Shown here one piece after another: positions 6,541 through 16,684 of a stretch of 32,000 nt of DNA. How positions within the stretch are numbered: the first letter of the stretch is position 1; each line of letters starts with the position of its first letter. A program made the translations under genes and the position numbers. The notes below the pieces were generated by a model, which saw only the letters and a program-made list of their open reading frames with translations, made no database searches and was not told the DNA's origin. Origin of the DNA: Nitrosococcus oceani ATCC 19707 (lineage in GTDB: Bacteria; Pseudomonadota; Gammaproteobacteria; Nitrosococcales; Nitrosococcaceae); contig NC_007484.1 of the NCBI RefSeq assembly GCF_000012805.1, positions 180,001 to 212,000 of the forward strand. Direction: 5' to 3'.

Positions 6541-6745
6541 ATACGAAGTGATTATTTATTGGAGTCAAGAAGATAAAACGTTTATAGCTGGGGTGCCGGA
6601 GCTGCCTGGTTGCATGGTACATGGTCCTACCCAAATGGCGGCATTAGAGAGTGTGAATCAAGCAATAGAGTTATGGTTGGATACCGCACGGGAATTTAAT
6701 GATCCCATTCCTGAGCCGAAGGGGCGTCGATTACTGTATGCGTAG
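6527..6745 (+). CDS. hicB: HicB-family antitoxin (UPF0150 / RNase H-like fold)
   Basis: 72 aa. YEVIIYWSQEDKTFIAGVPELPGCMVHGPTQMAALESVNQAIELWL is a typical HicB N-domain. An alternative start is the ATG at 6533. Confidence 0.8.
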   Translation: MTMHKYEVIIYWSQEDKTFIAGVPELPGCMVHGPTQMAALESVNQAIELWLDTAREFNDPIPEPKGRRLLYA

Positions 6746-6747
6746 GG

Positions 6748-6817
6748 CGCTAACCATTTGCTCAAGCGGACTGCTCCCTTCGGTCGCATCCGCTTAGCTC
6801 GGCCATTATAGTTACTA
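6748..6817 (+). other. attC-like recombination site 4 (degenerate, terminal)
   Basis: CGCTAAC ... AAGCGGA / TCCGCTT ... GTTACTA. Both core motifs have one mismatch. The 3' end overlaps the apt stop codon. Confidence 0.4.
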
Positions 6818-7330
6818 GTAGTGGACTAGGGAGTGGACAGTATAATCGGAAAGTCTCTCCCGCCCGTGCAGAAAGTCCAGTTCGATGACGAAGGCGCAAG
6901 CCGCTACCGTGGCCCCCAGGCTTTCTACCAGTTCGCAGCTTGCTTTGGCGGTGCCGCCGGTGGCGAGCAGATCATCCACTAGCAGGACGTTATCTCCAGG
7001 ACCGAGAGAATCGGTATGAGCCTCCAGGCTGGCAGAGCCATATTCCAGCTGATAGGAGATGCTTCGGACTTCATAGGGAAGCTTGCCGGATTTGCGCAAG
7101 GGGATAAAACCTACCCCCAACTCCCAGGCGACCAGCGCGCCAAAGATAAAACCCCGCGCCTCTATCCCACCAACCGCCGTGATATCCTGCTCCAGGAAGG
7201 GATGGAGGAGTTGGTGCACCGCTAGCCGTAAGGTGGCGGGGTCTCCGACTAAGGGGGTGATATCCTTGAAGAGGACGCCCGGCTTGGGAAAATCGGGTAT
7301 ATCGCGGATTTTAGTTTTGAGCCGCTCCAT
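6815..7330 (-). CDS. apt: Adenine phosphoribosyltransferase
   Basis: MERLKTKIRDIPDFPKPGVLFKDITPL matches the Apt N-terminus, and a VLLVDDLLATGGT PRPP-binding loop is present. The 224-aa track ORF is trimmed to Met54. Confidence 0.9.
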   Translation of the reverse strand: MERLKTKIRDIPDFPKPGVLFKDITPLVGDPATLRLAVHQLLHPFLEQDITAVGGIEARGFIFGALVAWELGVGFIPLRKSGKLPYEVRSISYQLEYGSASLEAHTDSLGPGDNVLLVDDLLATGGTAKASCELVESLGATVAACAFVIELDFLHGRERLSDYTVHSLVHY

Positions 7331-7375
7331 CGATGCTTTACCTAAGTACACTAGAATTTGAGGGAGGCACTTTAT

Positions 7376-7660
7376 ATGATTAGGGTTAAACAGACAAATG
7401 AAACGGACCCCCTGGCTTTTATGGTGACCATCACAGAAAGTTCGGGCGAGACGAGCCATCGGGTTACCCTCTCGCAAGGAACCTATCAAAAACTAACTGG
7501 CGGTAAGGTCAGCGCCGTGGACTGCGTTCAGGCCGCCTTTATGTTTTTACTAGAACGGGAACCGAAAGAGGCTATTCTCGGGCAGTTCGATATTACTGTC
7601 ATTTCCCATTATTTTCCGGATTTTGAGCGTGAATTACCTCGTTATCTGGAGCAGCTATAA
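7376..7660 (+). CDS. Hypothetical protein (94 aa)
   Basis: The ORF has a GGAGG about 10 nt upstream of the ATG at 7376. I recognise no motif. Confidence 0.5.
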   Translation: MIRVKQTNETDPLAFMVTITESSGETSHRVTLSQGTYQKLTGGKVSAVDCVQAAFMFLLEREPKEAILGQFDITVISHYFPDFERELPRYLEQL

Positions 7661-7673
7661 GGCAGCTATAAGT

Positions 7674-8318
7674 ATGATGGGTAGCCGCGCACCCTTTATC
7701 TTTAGTTATAGGGTAGGGTTATTGGCTTTAATGCTTGGCGGATGTACATTGTTTGGCGGCGGGGGGGATTCGCCAGGAGGTTATACCCTGGAAGTAGTGC
7801 GGGTGCTAGAGCAGCCCTCGCCCCAGGCCAGGGAACGAATACTAGAGGTGGTTCCCTTTCGGATTAGTCCTCGTTATCGCAGCCGGCTTTGGCTCTACCA
7901 GGAGGCAGGCTCTTGGCATCGGGTGGAGGAGGAACAGGCTTTCCTCATCCCTCCACAAGTTTTGGTGACCGAGCAGGCAAGCACCTATTTCAGACGTTCG
8001 GGGTTATTCGGCGCAGTGGTGGAAGGGGAGAGTCGATTACAAGTAACCCATCTTTTGGAAGGTGCAGTGACTGCGCTGTACGGTGATTTTAGCGATCCCA
8101 TGGCCCCACGGGCAGTGATGGAAATTCAATTCTTTTTAATTGATCCCCGGCTTGATCCTCCTAAGACTCTGCTGAAATCAGGCTTCCGAGTCGAAGCGGA
8201 AATTTTGGCGGCAACCCCCCAAGCACTTATCCAAGGATGGAATAATGGCTTAGAAAGTATATTAGAGAACTTCGAAAACGACTTGCGACGGTTATTCGAT
8301 CATTCCTCACGGGGATAG
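7674..8318 (+). CDS. Lipoprotein, probably ABC-transport auxiliary / PqiC-like (DUF330-type)
   Basis: Signal peptide with lipobox LMLGG-C. The size (~214 aa) and sequence pattern resemble the auxiliary lipoprotein family. The family call is tentative. Confidence 0.55.
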   Translation: MMGSRAPFIFSYRVGLLALMLGGCTLFGGGGDSPGGYTLEVVRVLEQPSPQARERILEVVPFRISPRYRSRLWLYQEAGSWHRVEEEQAFLIPPQVLVTEQASTYFRRSGLFGAVVEGESRLQVTHLLEGAVTALYGDFSDPMAPRAVMEIQFFLIDPRLDPPKTLLKSGFRVEAEILAATPQALIQGWNNGLESILENFENDLRRLFDHSSRG

Positions 8319-8606
8319 TGAAGAATGTTGCGCTGGCGTTAGTGTTTTCGGCACCGCCATGGCGCAATATGGTAAGATTCTCTCCGAAACAGTTTTAAAA
8401 CTGACCGTTAGCGCTGACAGGAAATTGAGGGCGTTTTGCGATGGATAATCGTATAACAATCCTACTTTTTTAGTGGTTGTTACACGCTTCGTTTTATCTT
8501 GGCACAAACCTACTATATATTTAAAACCGCTTTTTAAGAATTAGCGTTTTTCCACCTTATTACCTACCAAAGCGCGATTGAATTCCACGGAGACCGAAAA
8601 CCCATA

Positions 8607-11147
8607 ATGGATGAGATAGCCCAGGAAGTTTTCCCGGTTAATATCGAAGATGAAATGAAGCACTCCTACCTCGATTACGCCATGAGCGTTATTGTGGGTA
8701 GAGCATTGCCTGATGCTCGTGATGGCTTAAAACCCGTGCATCGACGGGTATTATATGCTATGCGGGAATTGGGTAATGATTGGAATAAGCCTTATAAAAA
8801 ATCAGCCCGTGTGGTAGGCGATGTCATCGGGAAATATCATCCCCACGGGGATGCGGCGGTTTATGATGCCATCGTGCGGATGGCCCAGCTTTTTTCCATG
8901 CGCTGCCCTCTAATCGATGGACAGGGAAATTTTGGCTCTATTGACGGTGACTCTCCTGCGGCCATGCGTTATACCGAGGTGCGTATGGCTAAAATTGCCC
9001 ACGAGCTGTTAGCCGATCTCAATAAGGAAACCGTCGATTTTGTTCCTAATTACGACGAGTCCGAGCATGAGCCGGCGGTTCTTCCTACCCGTATACCTAA
9101 TTTATTGGCAAATGGTTCTTCGGGAATCGCTGTGGGTATGGCGACCAATATTCCGCCCCATAACCTCGGTGAGTTATTGAGTGCCTGCATTGCGCTTATC
9201 GATGATCCCGCTTTGAGTATTGCTGGGCTAATGAGCCATATTCCGGGGCCTGATTTTCCCACGGCGGGGATTGTGAACGGTGCCCGTGGTATCCAGGAAG
9301 CTTATTTGACTGGCCGGGGGCGAATCTTCATGCGAGCCCGGACCCATGTAGAAACCGATGAGGGTAGCGGCAAGCAAAGCATCATCGTCACCGAATTGCC
9401 CTATATGGTCAATAAGGCCCGTTTGCTGGAGAAAATCGGCAATTTGGTCAAGGAAAAGAAGATCGTGGGCATTGTAGGGCTGCGGGACGAATCAGACAAG
9501 GATGGCATGCGCATGGTGGTGGAGTTGCGCCGGAGCGAAATGCCGGAAGTGGTGCTGAATCAACTTTATCTTCATACCCAATTACAGAGTGTCTTTGGCA
9601 TTAATATGGTGGCTTTGGTCGATGGCCAGCCCCAGTTGCTTAATCTGAAGTTAGCCCTGGAAGCCTTTTTGCGGCACCGCCAGGAAGTAGTGACCCGGCG
9701 GACCATGTTTGAGTTACGCAAGGCGAGGGAGCGGGCCCATGTGCTGGAAGGGTTGGCCATTGCCTTGGCTAATATCGATTCGATTATTGCTCTTATCAAG
9801 GCGTCTTCAAGCCCGGCCGAGGCCCGGGATGGACTGATAGCGCGTTTCTGGCCGCCGGGCGTTGTGATCGATATGTTGCAGCGGGCAGGCGCCGAATCCT
9901 CCCAGCCAGAGAAATTAGAAACTGCTTATGGGTTGCAACAAGACGGTTATCGTCTATCTCCTGCCCAAGCCCAAGCCATTCTTGAGATGCGCCTCCATCG
10001 TCTAACGGGCCTAGAGCAGAGTAAAATTATTGACGAATATGAGCAGGTGATCATTTTTATTTTGGGGTTACTAGAAATTCTAGCTAATCCGGAACGACTC
10101 ATGGCGGTCATCCGGGAAGAGTTCATGGAGATGCGGGAGCAATATAGTACTCCACGCCGCACTGAGATTCAGGATAATCATGTGGATCTGCGCTTGGAAG
10201 ATCTCATTCAAGAAGAAAATGTGGTGGTGACTCTGTCCCATAGTGGTTATGCTAAATCCCAAACTTTAGATACCTACCGTTCTCAGAAGCGAGGGGGCAA
10301 GGGTAAGTCGGCGACGGCCATGAAAGAAGAGGACTTTATCGACAAGCTCTTTATCGCCAATACCCATGATACCCTGCTATGCTTTTCGAGTCGGGGCAAA
10401 GTGTATTGGAAAAAAGTCTATGAGTTGCCCCAGGGATCACGGGTAGCTCGGGGTAAGCCCTTCGTCAATCTCCTGCCTTTGGAGGAAGGAGAGCGGATTA
10501 ATACGGTATTATCTATCCGTGAATTCGAAAAAGACAAATATATTTTTATGGTAACTGCCTCGGGGGTAGTCAAGAAAACTTCCCTGGCTGATTTTTCCCG
10601 GCCCCGTTCCAGTGGCATTATTGCCCTAGATTTGAGGGAGGGAGATCAATTGGTAGGAGCAGACCTTACCGATGGTGTGCAGGAAATCATGTTGTTTAGC
10701 TCGGGAGGTAAAGTGATCCGCTTTTCGGAGCGGGATGTGCGGCCTGTTGGGCGTACGGCCCGTGGTGTTAAAGGTATGGAATTGCCCTCGGAACATCGAG
10801 TGATTGCCCTTATTATCGCGGCGAGCGGTACCATTTTAACGGCGACCGAATTGGGTTATGGTAAGCGGACAGCCATTGCCGAGTACCGTCTCCAAGGCCG
10901 AGGAGGGAGAGGAATCATCTCTATTCGGACGACCCCGCGGAATGGTGAAGTAGTTGGGGCGGTGCAAGTAGAAAAGGAGGATGAAGTCGTGCTTATTAGT
11001 GATGGGGGCACGCTTATTCGTACTCCAGTGGATAATATTTCTCTTATGGGGCGCAATACGCAAGGCGTCAAACTCATTAACCTCCAGGAAGGGGAGCGGT
11101 TGGTGGGTATTGAGCGCATCGTTGAAGATGGAGAGGCTGGAATATAA
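8607..11147 (+). CDS. gyrA: DNA gyrase subunit A
   Basis: 846 aa with the [21 protein letters not shown], the active-site AAMRYTE Tyr, and C-terminal beta-pinwheel repeats. Confidence 0.98.
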   Translation: MDEIAQEVFPVNIEDEMKHSYLDYAMSVIVGRALPDARDGLKPVHRRVLYAMRELGNDWNKPYKKSARVVGDVIGKYHPHGDAAVYDAIVRMAQLFSMRCPLIDGQGNFGSIDGDSPAAMRYTEVRMAKIAHELLADLNKETVDFVPNYDESEHEPAVLPTRIPNLLANGSSGIAVGMATNIPPHNLGELLSACIALIDDPALSIAGLMSHIPGPDFPTAGIVNGARGIQEAYLTGRGRIFMRARTHVETDEGSGKQSIIVTELPYMVNKARLLEKIGNLVKEKKIVGIVGLRDESDKDGMRMVVELRRSEMPEVVLNQLYLHTQLQSVFGINMVALVDGQPQLLNLKLALEAFLRHRQEVVTRRTMFELRKARERAHVLEGLAIALANIDSIIALIKASSSPAEARDGLIARFWPPGVVIDMLQRAGAESSQPEKLETAYGLQQDGYRLSPAQAQAILEMRLHRLTGLEQSKIIDEYEQVIIFILGLLEILANPERLMAVIREEFMEMREQYSTPRRTEIQDNHVDLRLEDLIQEENVVVTLSHSGYAKSQTLDTYRSQKRGGKGKSATAMKEEDFIDKLFIANTHDTLLCFSSRGKVYWKKVYELPQGSRVARGKPFVNLLPLEEGERINTVLSIREFEKDKYIFMVTASGVVKKTSLADFSRPRSSGIIALDLREGDQLVGADLTDGVQEIMLFSSGGKVIRFSERDVRPVGRTARGVKGMELPSEHRVIALIIAASGTILTATELGYGKRTAIAEYRLQGRGGRGIISIRTTPRNGEVVGAVQVEKEDEVVLISDGGTLIRTPVDNISLMGRNTQGVKLINLQEGERLVGIERIVEDGEAGI

Positions 11148-11188
11148 CGAGACCAGCGTGCTAGGAATATTAAAGAGGATATAAGACT

Positions 11189-12271
11189 ATGACTCGTGTT
11201 TACAATTTCAGCGCTGGACCGGCTGTGTTGCCAGAAGACGTCATTATCCAGGCCCGCGACGAAATGCTTGATTGGCGTGGCACCGGAATGTCAGTGATGG
11301 AAATGACTCATCGAGGCAAGCAGTTTATGGCCATTGCCGAGCAGGCCGAAGCCGATTTCCGGGAGCTATTGGCTATCCCAGAGAATTACAAAGTTTTGTT
11401 CCTTCAAGGGGGGGCTACCAGCCAGTTCGCGATGGTACCCATGAATTTACTACAGGGCAAGAAACAGGCAGATTATATTTGTACCGGGCATTGGTCTAAA
11501 AAGGCCATTGCCGAAGGGCGCCGGTTTTGCGAGATTAATTTAGCAGCCAGCTCCGAGGATACGGGCTTTCAGCATGTTCCTCCTCATCAGGATTGGAAGC
11601 TAGATCCAGAAGCTGCTTATGTTCACTACACACCTAATGAAACCATTGCCGGAGTAGAATTTCATTGGATTCCTGACTCAGGAGAAGTGCCTCTGGTGGC
11701 CGATATGTCCTCTACTCTTTTATCACGTCCGTTGGATGTCAGTCGCTTTGGAGTCATTTATGCGGGGGCGCAAAAGAATATCGGCTGCGCGGGTCTGACC
11801 GTGGTCATAGTGCGGAATGATTTGATAGGACGGCCCCAGGCCGGGACTCCCGCCATGTTTGATTACCAAATCCATGCTGATCATAACTCCATGTATAACA
11901 CGCCGCCCACGTACGCTTGGTATGTGGCCGGACTGGTCTTTAGCTGGCTAAAGCGGAAGGGGGGACTTACCGCAATAGCAAAGATAAACCAAGCTAAAGC
12001 GAACACCCTTTACAGCTTTATTGACAGTAACGACTTTTACTACAATCCGGTAGAGCGGGCTTTCCGCTCTCGCATGAACGTGCCTTTTATTTTGTCCGAG
12101 CAGCAGCTTGATGAAATTTTTCTGGAGCAGGCAAAAAAAGCGGGGTTGACTAATCTGAAGGGGCACCGTTCAGTGGGAGGAATGCGGGCAAGCATTTACA
12201 ATGCTATGTCCCAGGAAGGGGTTGAGACTCTGGTGGAGTTTATGAAAGAGTTTGAACGTACCCGGGCATGA
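11189..12271 (+). CDS. serC: 3-phosphoserine / phosphohydroxythreonine aminotransferase
   Basis: 360 aa. The N-terminus YNFSAGPAVLP, the GAQKNIG PLP-lysine region and the length are typical of SerC. Confidence 0.95.
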   Translation: MTRVYNFSAGPAVLPEDVIIQARDEMLDWRGTGMSVMEMTHRGKQFMAIAEQAEADFRELLAIPENYKVLFLQGGATSQFAMVPMNLLQGKKQADYICTGHWSKKAIAEGRRFCEINLAASSEDTGFQHVPPHQDWKLDPEAAYVHYTPNETIAGVEFHWIPDSGEVPLVADMSSTLLSRPLDVSRFGVIYAGAQKNIGCAGLTVVIVRNDLIGRPQAGTPAMFDYQIHADHNSMYNTPPTYAWYVAGLVFSWLKRKGGLTAIAKINQAKANTLYSFIDSNDFYYNPVERAFRSRMNVPFILSEQQLDEIFLEQAKKAGLTNLKGHRSVGGMRASIYNAMSQEGVETLVEFMKEFERTRA

Positions 12272-12362
12272 AATTAATGTTTATAAGCTAAGCTCACTAT
12301 CCATTTTTGCTTAAGAAGGATGGGGAAGAGCCGCATTATTGTCTTATTGATTAAACCAGGGG

Positions 12363-13541
12363 GTGACGGATAGCTGCATGTATAAGATACTCACATTAAA
12401 CAATATTTCTATCGTAGGGTTGGATCGCTTGCCTCGGGATAAGTATGAGGTAGCCTCCGAGATTCAGCATCCAGATGCAATTCTCGTGCGATCACATAAT
12501 ATGCATGAGATGGCTATTCCACCCACACTCAAGGCGGTGGGGCGCGCTGGCGCTGGAGTCAACAATATTCCGGTAGCACGCTTGAGCGAAGGGGGGGTGG
12601 CCGTGTTTAACGCTCCCGGTGCCAATGCCAATGCAGTCAAGGAAGCTGTGCTAGCAGGTCTGTTGGTATCTGCCCGTAATATTTGTCAAGCTTGGGAGGC
12701 TGCCCGCACTTTGACTGGCACCGATAAGGAGATTCACCGGGAAGTTGAGGCTCAGAAGAAGCGTTTTGTAGGCGTTGAGCTGCCTGGGCGGACCTTGGGG
12801 GTTGTTGGCCTCGGATCTATTGGCGTTCAGGTGGCTAATGCCGCCTTAGCGCTTGGTATGCGGGTGGTAGGGTATGATCCTCAGATCACGGTACAGCGTG
12901 CCTGGGCCCTCTCTGCACAGGTTGAGCAGGCGACTAACCTGGACCATTTATTGTCCCAGGCTGATTTTTTATCCCTGCATGTTCCATTGCTGGAGGCTAC
13001 CCGAGGTTTGATTAACCGGGAACGGTTAAGAAATATAAAGCCAGAGGCAAGACTTCTCAATTTTGCGCGGGCGGAAATTGTTGACGAGGACGCTGTGGTG
13101 GATGCTATAGAAGAAGGTAAGATCGCGGCTTATATTTGCGACTTTCCTAGCAATCGCTTAAAAGGGCATCCCCAAGTGATTGCCTTGCCCCACCTTGGCG
13201 CATCTACTTATGAGGCGGAAGAAAATTGCGCAGTGATGGTGGTGGAGCAGATTCGCGAGTTTCTGGAAAATGGTAATGTGCAAAACTCGGTGAATTTTCC
13301 AGATGCCGTGCTGCCTCGTACTGACAGCTGGCGGCTTGCGATTGCCAATGCCAATGTCCCTACCATGGTCGCTCAAATTTCTACTCACTTGGCTGAAGCG
13401 GGCTTGAATATTATCGATATGCTGAATAAGTCCCAGAATGATTTAGCTTACACGCTCGTGGATGTGGATCGTCCTATTCCTAAGTATCTAGTGGATGGAA
13501 TCAGCGCTGTTCAGGGAATGTTATCGGTACGGGCCTTGTGA
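12363..13541 (+). CDS. D-3-phosphoglycerate dehydrogenase-like 2-hydroxyacid dehydrogenase with C-terminal ACT-like domain
   Basis: Rossmann motif GVVGLGSIGVQVA, a catalytic region with HLGAST, and a C-terminal ~70-aa ACT-like segment. An alternative start is the ATG at 12378. Confidence 0.8.
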   Translation: MTDSCMYKILTLNNISIVGLDRLPRDKYEVASEIQHPDAILVRSHNMHEMAIPPTLKAVGRAGAGVNNIPVARLSEGGVAVFNAPGANANAVKEAVLAGLLVSARNICQAWEAARTLTGTDKEIHREVEAQKKRFVGVELPGRTLGVVGLGSIGVQVANAALALGMRVVGYDPQITVQRAWALSAQVEQATNLDHLLSQADFLSLHVPLLEATRGLINRERLRNIKPEARLLNFARAEIVDEDAVVDAIEEGKIAAYICDFPSNRLKGHPQVIALPHLGASTYEAEENCAVMVVEQIREFLENGNVQNSVNFPDAVLPRTDSWRLAIANANVPTMVAQISTHLAEAGLNIIDMLNKSQNDLAYTLVDVDRPIPKYLVDGISAVQGMLSVRAL

Positions 13542-13580
13542 TTACGAGGGTATTTTGAGCAGGGCTCATTTTATTTTGTA

Positions 13581-14666
13581 ATGGACGATAGCCACCAATT
13601 ACAGGAAATTCGGGCGCGTATAGACGCTTTGGATGAACAGCTTCAATGTCTCATCAATGAACGCGCCGAGCTTGCCCGCCAAACGGCGCAGATAAAACAA
13701 GCAGCTGGCTTGGGGGAAAATTGTTTTCGCCCGGAGCGGGAAGCTGAAATTTTGCGACGGGTTATCGCACGCAACCAGGGACCACTCAGTGGGCAAGAAA
13801 TGGCCCGCTTATTTCGGGAGATTATGTCGGCCTGTCTGGCCCTTGAAACGCCCCTGGTGATTGCTTATTTAGGTCCAGAGGGAACCTTTACCGAGGCTGC
13901 AGCGCTTAAGCATTTTGGCCATTCAGTGAAAACCCAACCGCTTATGGCCATTGATGAGGTTTTCCGTGAAGTGGAGGCAGGTACAGCCTACTATGGGGTC
14001 GTCCCGGTAGAAAACTCCACCGAAGGAGCCGTGACCCACACCTTAGATCGGTTTTTAGTCTCGCCCTTACAGATTTGTGGTGAAGTGGAGTTGCGCATCC
14101 ACCATCATTTGCTTAGCAGAAACCAAACCATTGCCGAAGTAAACCGGTTATATGCCCATCAGCAAACATTGGCACAATGCCGAGAGTGGTTAGATGCTCA
14201 CCTGGCAGGATGTGAGCGCATTCCAGTAAGCAGCAATGGGGAAGCGGCGCGGCGGGCTGGGGATGAATCCGATTGTGCCGCTATTGCGAGTGACCGGGCC
14301 CGTGAAATTTATGGGCTTCACGCTTTAGCGACCAATATTGAGGATGAGCCTGGCAATACCACCCGTTTCCTTGTAATTGGCTCCCAAGCCGTGGTTGCTA
14401 GCGGGAATGACAAAACGTCGTTGCTAGTCTCAGGTCCGAATCGCTCCGGCTTGCTGTATGATCTGCTGTCTCCCTTGGCAGAGTATGGCATTAGCATGAC
14501 CCGGTTGGAGTCCCGTCCCTCACGGCGCCAACTTTGGGAATATGTGTTTTTTATTGATGTTGAAGGACATATAGACGATTCTAATCTAACTACCGCGCTG
14601 GCTACTCTCAAAGAGCGGGCCTCCTTTCTCAAATTATTAGGCTCTTATCCACGGGCGGTAATATAA
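13581..14666 (+). CDS. pheA: Bifunctional chorismate mutase / prephenate dehydratase (P-protein)
   Basis: N-terminal CM helix (LQEIRARIDALDEQL), a PDT domain (YLGPEGTFTE ... TRF) and a C-terminal ACT domain with ESRP. Confidence 0.95.
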   Translation: MDDSHQLQEIRARIDALDEQLQCLINERAELARQTAQIKQAAGLGENCFRPEREAEILRRVIARNQGPLSGQEMARLFREIMSACLALETPLVIAYLGPEGTFTEAAALKHFGHSVKTQPLMAIDEVFREVEAGTAYYGVVPVENSTEGAVTHTLDRFLVSPLQICGEVELRIHHHLLSRNQTIAEVNRLYAHQQTLAQCREWLDAHLAGCERIPVSSNGEAARRAGDESDCAAIASDRAREIYGLHALATNIEDEPGNTTRFLVIGSQAVVASGNDKTSLLVSGPNRSGLLYDLLSPLAEYGISMTRLESRPSRRQLWEYVFFIDVEGHIDDSNLTTALATLKERASFLKLLGSYPRAVI

Positions 14667-14682
14667 AAAGGTACCATGATAA

Positions 14683-15795
14683 ATGGCTGAAAGCTTATTT
14701 TATCAGCTTGCGGCGGCAGGGGTGCAAGGACTAACCCCCTACCAGCCTGGAAAACCTATTGAGGAATTGGAGCGGGAGTATGGGGTGCGGGGTGCGGTTA
14801 AGCTGGCCTCTAACGAAAATCCTCTAGGCCCCAGTCCCATGGCAATAGATGCGATTTACGGGGTGCTTGGAGAAAGCGGCCGTTATCCTGATGGGAATGG
14901 CTTTGCGCTTAAAACTGCTCTTTCTCAATGCTTAGGCATTCCCGCGAATCAGATTACGCTGGGTAATGGCTCCAGCGATTTGCTGGAGTTTGCGGCTCGG
15001 GTGCTAATTTCGCCTGAACATGAAGTGATTTATTCTCAGTATTGTTTCGCTCTCTATCCTTTACTGATCCAGATTTTGGGAGCTAAGGGCCACGCCGTGC
15101 CGGCGAAGGGTTTTGGCCACGATCTGGAGGCCATGGTTAAAGCGGTGAATAGCCAGACCCGGCTGGTTTATATCGCTAATCCCAATAATCCTACGGGTAC
15201 TTGGTTGCACTCTGATGAGCTAGAAGCTTTTTTGGCCGCTCTGCCAGAGCACGTTTTGGTGGTATTGGATGAGGCTTATTACGAGTATGTGAACGAGGCT
15301 CAATACCCTTATTCTCTGGCCTGGATGAGTCGTTATCCTAATCTGATGATCACTCGCACCTTCTCTAAAATTTATGGCTTGGCCGGTTTACGCATAGGTT
15401 ATGGGGTGTCCCATCCAGATTTAGCGGATTTGATGAATAGAGTTCGCCCTCCCTTTAACGTCAATAGCTTAGCTTTGGCTGCAGCCACGGCTGCTTTGCA
15501 GGATCACGACCATTTACAGCGTAGTCGAAAGGTAAATCAGGCGGGAATGGCGCAGTTAACGATGGCTTTTACTGCCTTGGGCTTGGATTATATTCCTTCG
15601 GTAGCCAACTTTGTGACTGTCGATGTGAAGCAATCGGGTGACAAGGTTTATGAGAATTTGTTGCGGCATGGTGTGATTGTAAGACCAATGACGGGATATG
15701 GGCTACCAAGGCACGTGCGGGTTACCGTGGGAAGGGAGGAAGAAAATGCGCGTTTTATTCAGGTCCTTGAAACTGTTCTCGAGGAATTTAGGTGA
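14683..15795 (+). CDS. hisC: Histidinol-phosphate / aromatic aminotransferase
   Basis: 370 aa class II aminotransferase with LASNENPLGP, NPNNPTG and SKIYGLAGLRIGY (PLP Lys). Confidence 0.9.
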   Translation: MAESLFYQLAAAGVQGLTPYQPGKPIEELEREYGVRGAVKLASNENPLGPSPMAIDAIYGVLGESGRYPDGNGFALKTALSQCLGIPANQITLGNGSSDLLEFAARVLISPEHEVIYSQYCFALYPLLIQILGAKGHAVPAKGFGHDLEAMVKAVNSQTRLVYIANPNNPTGTWLHSDELEAFLAALPEHVLVVLDEAYYEYVNEAQYPYSLAWMSRYPNLMITRTFSKIYGLAGLRIGYGVSHPDLADLMNRVRPPFNVNSLALAAATAALQDHDHLQRSRKVNQAGMAQLTMAFTALGLDYIPSVANFVTVDVKQSGDKVYENLLRHGVIVRPMTGYGLPRHVRVTVGREEENARFIQVLETVLEEFR

Positions 15796-16652
15796 TCCGG
15801 CGTCTCTGCATCCTTGGAGTAGGGTTGATTGGGGGCTCTTTGGCGCTGGCTCTAAAGCAGGCTAAAGGAGTAGGCGAAGTTGTCGGTTATGAAAGAGACC
15901 CCATTGCTAGGGACAAGGCCCTTTCTTTGGGAATCATCGACCGTGCTGAGCTTGATCTTGCGGAAGCGCTTCGGGGAGCTGACGTGGTGGTTTTGGCCGT
16001 GCCGCTTGGAGCTATGGAAGAACTATTGCAGGCAATGGCGCCTAGTTTGAAACCAGGGATGGTGGTGACCGATGTGGGGAGCGTCAAGGGAAGTGTGGTT
16101 GCCTCTGCACGGGCTAAGTTGGGGGAGTACATTGTAGATTTTGTACCGGGCCACCCTATCGCTGGGACAGAAAGAAATGGCCCGGAAGCCGCTTTTGCTG
16201 ATTTATTTTGCCTCCATAAGGTACTTCTTACACCTTTGCCTGAAAGTCGCGCCGTGGCCGTGCGGATGGTAAGAATGATGTGGCATCAGGTGGGAGCTGA
16301 GGTAATAGAAACCAGTATTTCTCATCATGATCGAATGTTGGCGGGAACCAGCCATCTTCCCCATATATTGGCGTATACTTTAATAGATATGCTGGCTAAG
16401 TTAGGGGAAACGCAAGAGGCGTTGCAGTTCGCTGCAGGAGGATTCCGGGATTTCTCTCGTATCGCCTCGAGCGATCCTAGCGTGTGGCGGGACATCTGTC
16501 TTGCTAATAAGGAACCCTTGCTGGCGCTTCTGGAGCGATTCAGGACCGAACTTCACGGTATAGGCGAGGCTATTCATCGCGGTGATGGAGCAAAACTTGC
16601 GGAAATTTTCGCTCGGGCCAAGGCCGTTCGGGATACACATTATAAGCGTTAA
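15792..16652 (+). CDS. tyrA: Prephenate (or arogenate) dehydrogenase
   Basis: GTG start overlaps the hisC stop (GTGA). GVGLIGGSLA Rossmann motif, HPIAGTE catalytic motif, 286 aa. Confidence 0.9.
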   Translation: MIRRLCILGVGLIGGSLALALKQAKGVGEVVGYERDPIARDKALSLGIIDRAELDLAEALRGADVVVLAVPLGAMEELLQAMAPSLKPGMVVTDVGSVKGSVVASARAKLGEYIVDFVPGHPIAGTERNGPEAAFADLFCLHKVLLTPLPESRAVAVRMVRMMWHQVGAEVIETSISHHDRMLAGTSHLPHILAYTLIDMLAKLGETQEALQFAAGGFRDFSRIASSDPSVWRDICLANKEPLLALLERFRTELHGIGEAIHRGDGAKLAEIFARAKAVRDTHYKR

Positions 16653-16684
16653 CTGGAAATAGTGTAGGGGGTAGGGAGAATAGC

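Larger units (their letters stand above)
2932..6817 (+). mobile_element. Integron-type gene cassette array without an integrase in the window (CALIN-like)
   Basis: Four same-orientation attC-like palindromes each sit at the 3' end of a + strand ORF group. The cargo is TA modules and small unknown proteins. The array is bounded by core genes (iron permease, apt). The left boundary is uncertain. Confidence 0.55.

Noticed and set aside
7331-7489. N-terminal extensions in the ORF track for apt. The same applies to cmk (18753), rpsA (19559), ihfB (21338), arsC (25351), wrbA (25694) and the lipoprotein (7623).
   Set aside because: Alignment with the well-known N-termini of these families, and ribosome-binding-site positions, support internal Met starts. 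The extensions overlap upstream genes or intergenic signals.
8489-8510. TGGCAC-N5 element upstream of gyrA resembling a sigma-54 -24 box.
   Set aside because: The -12 element reads TACT rather than TTGC, and gyrA is not expected to be sigma-54 dependent.
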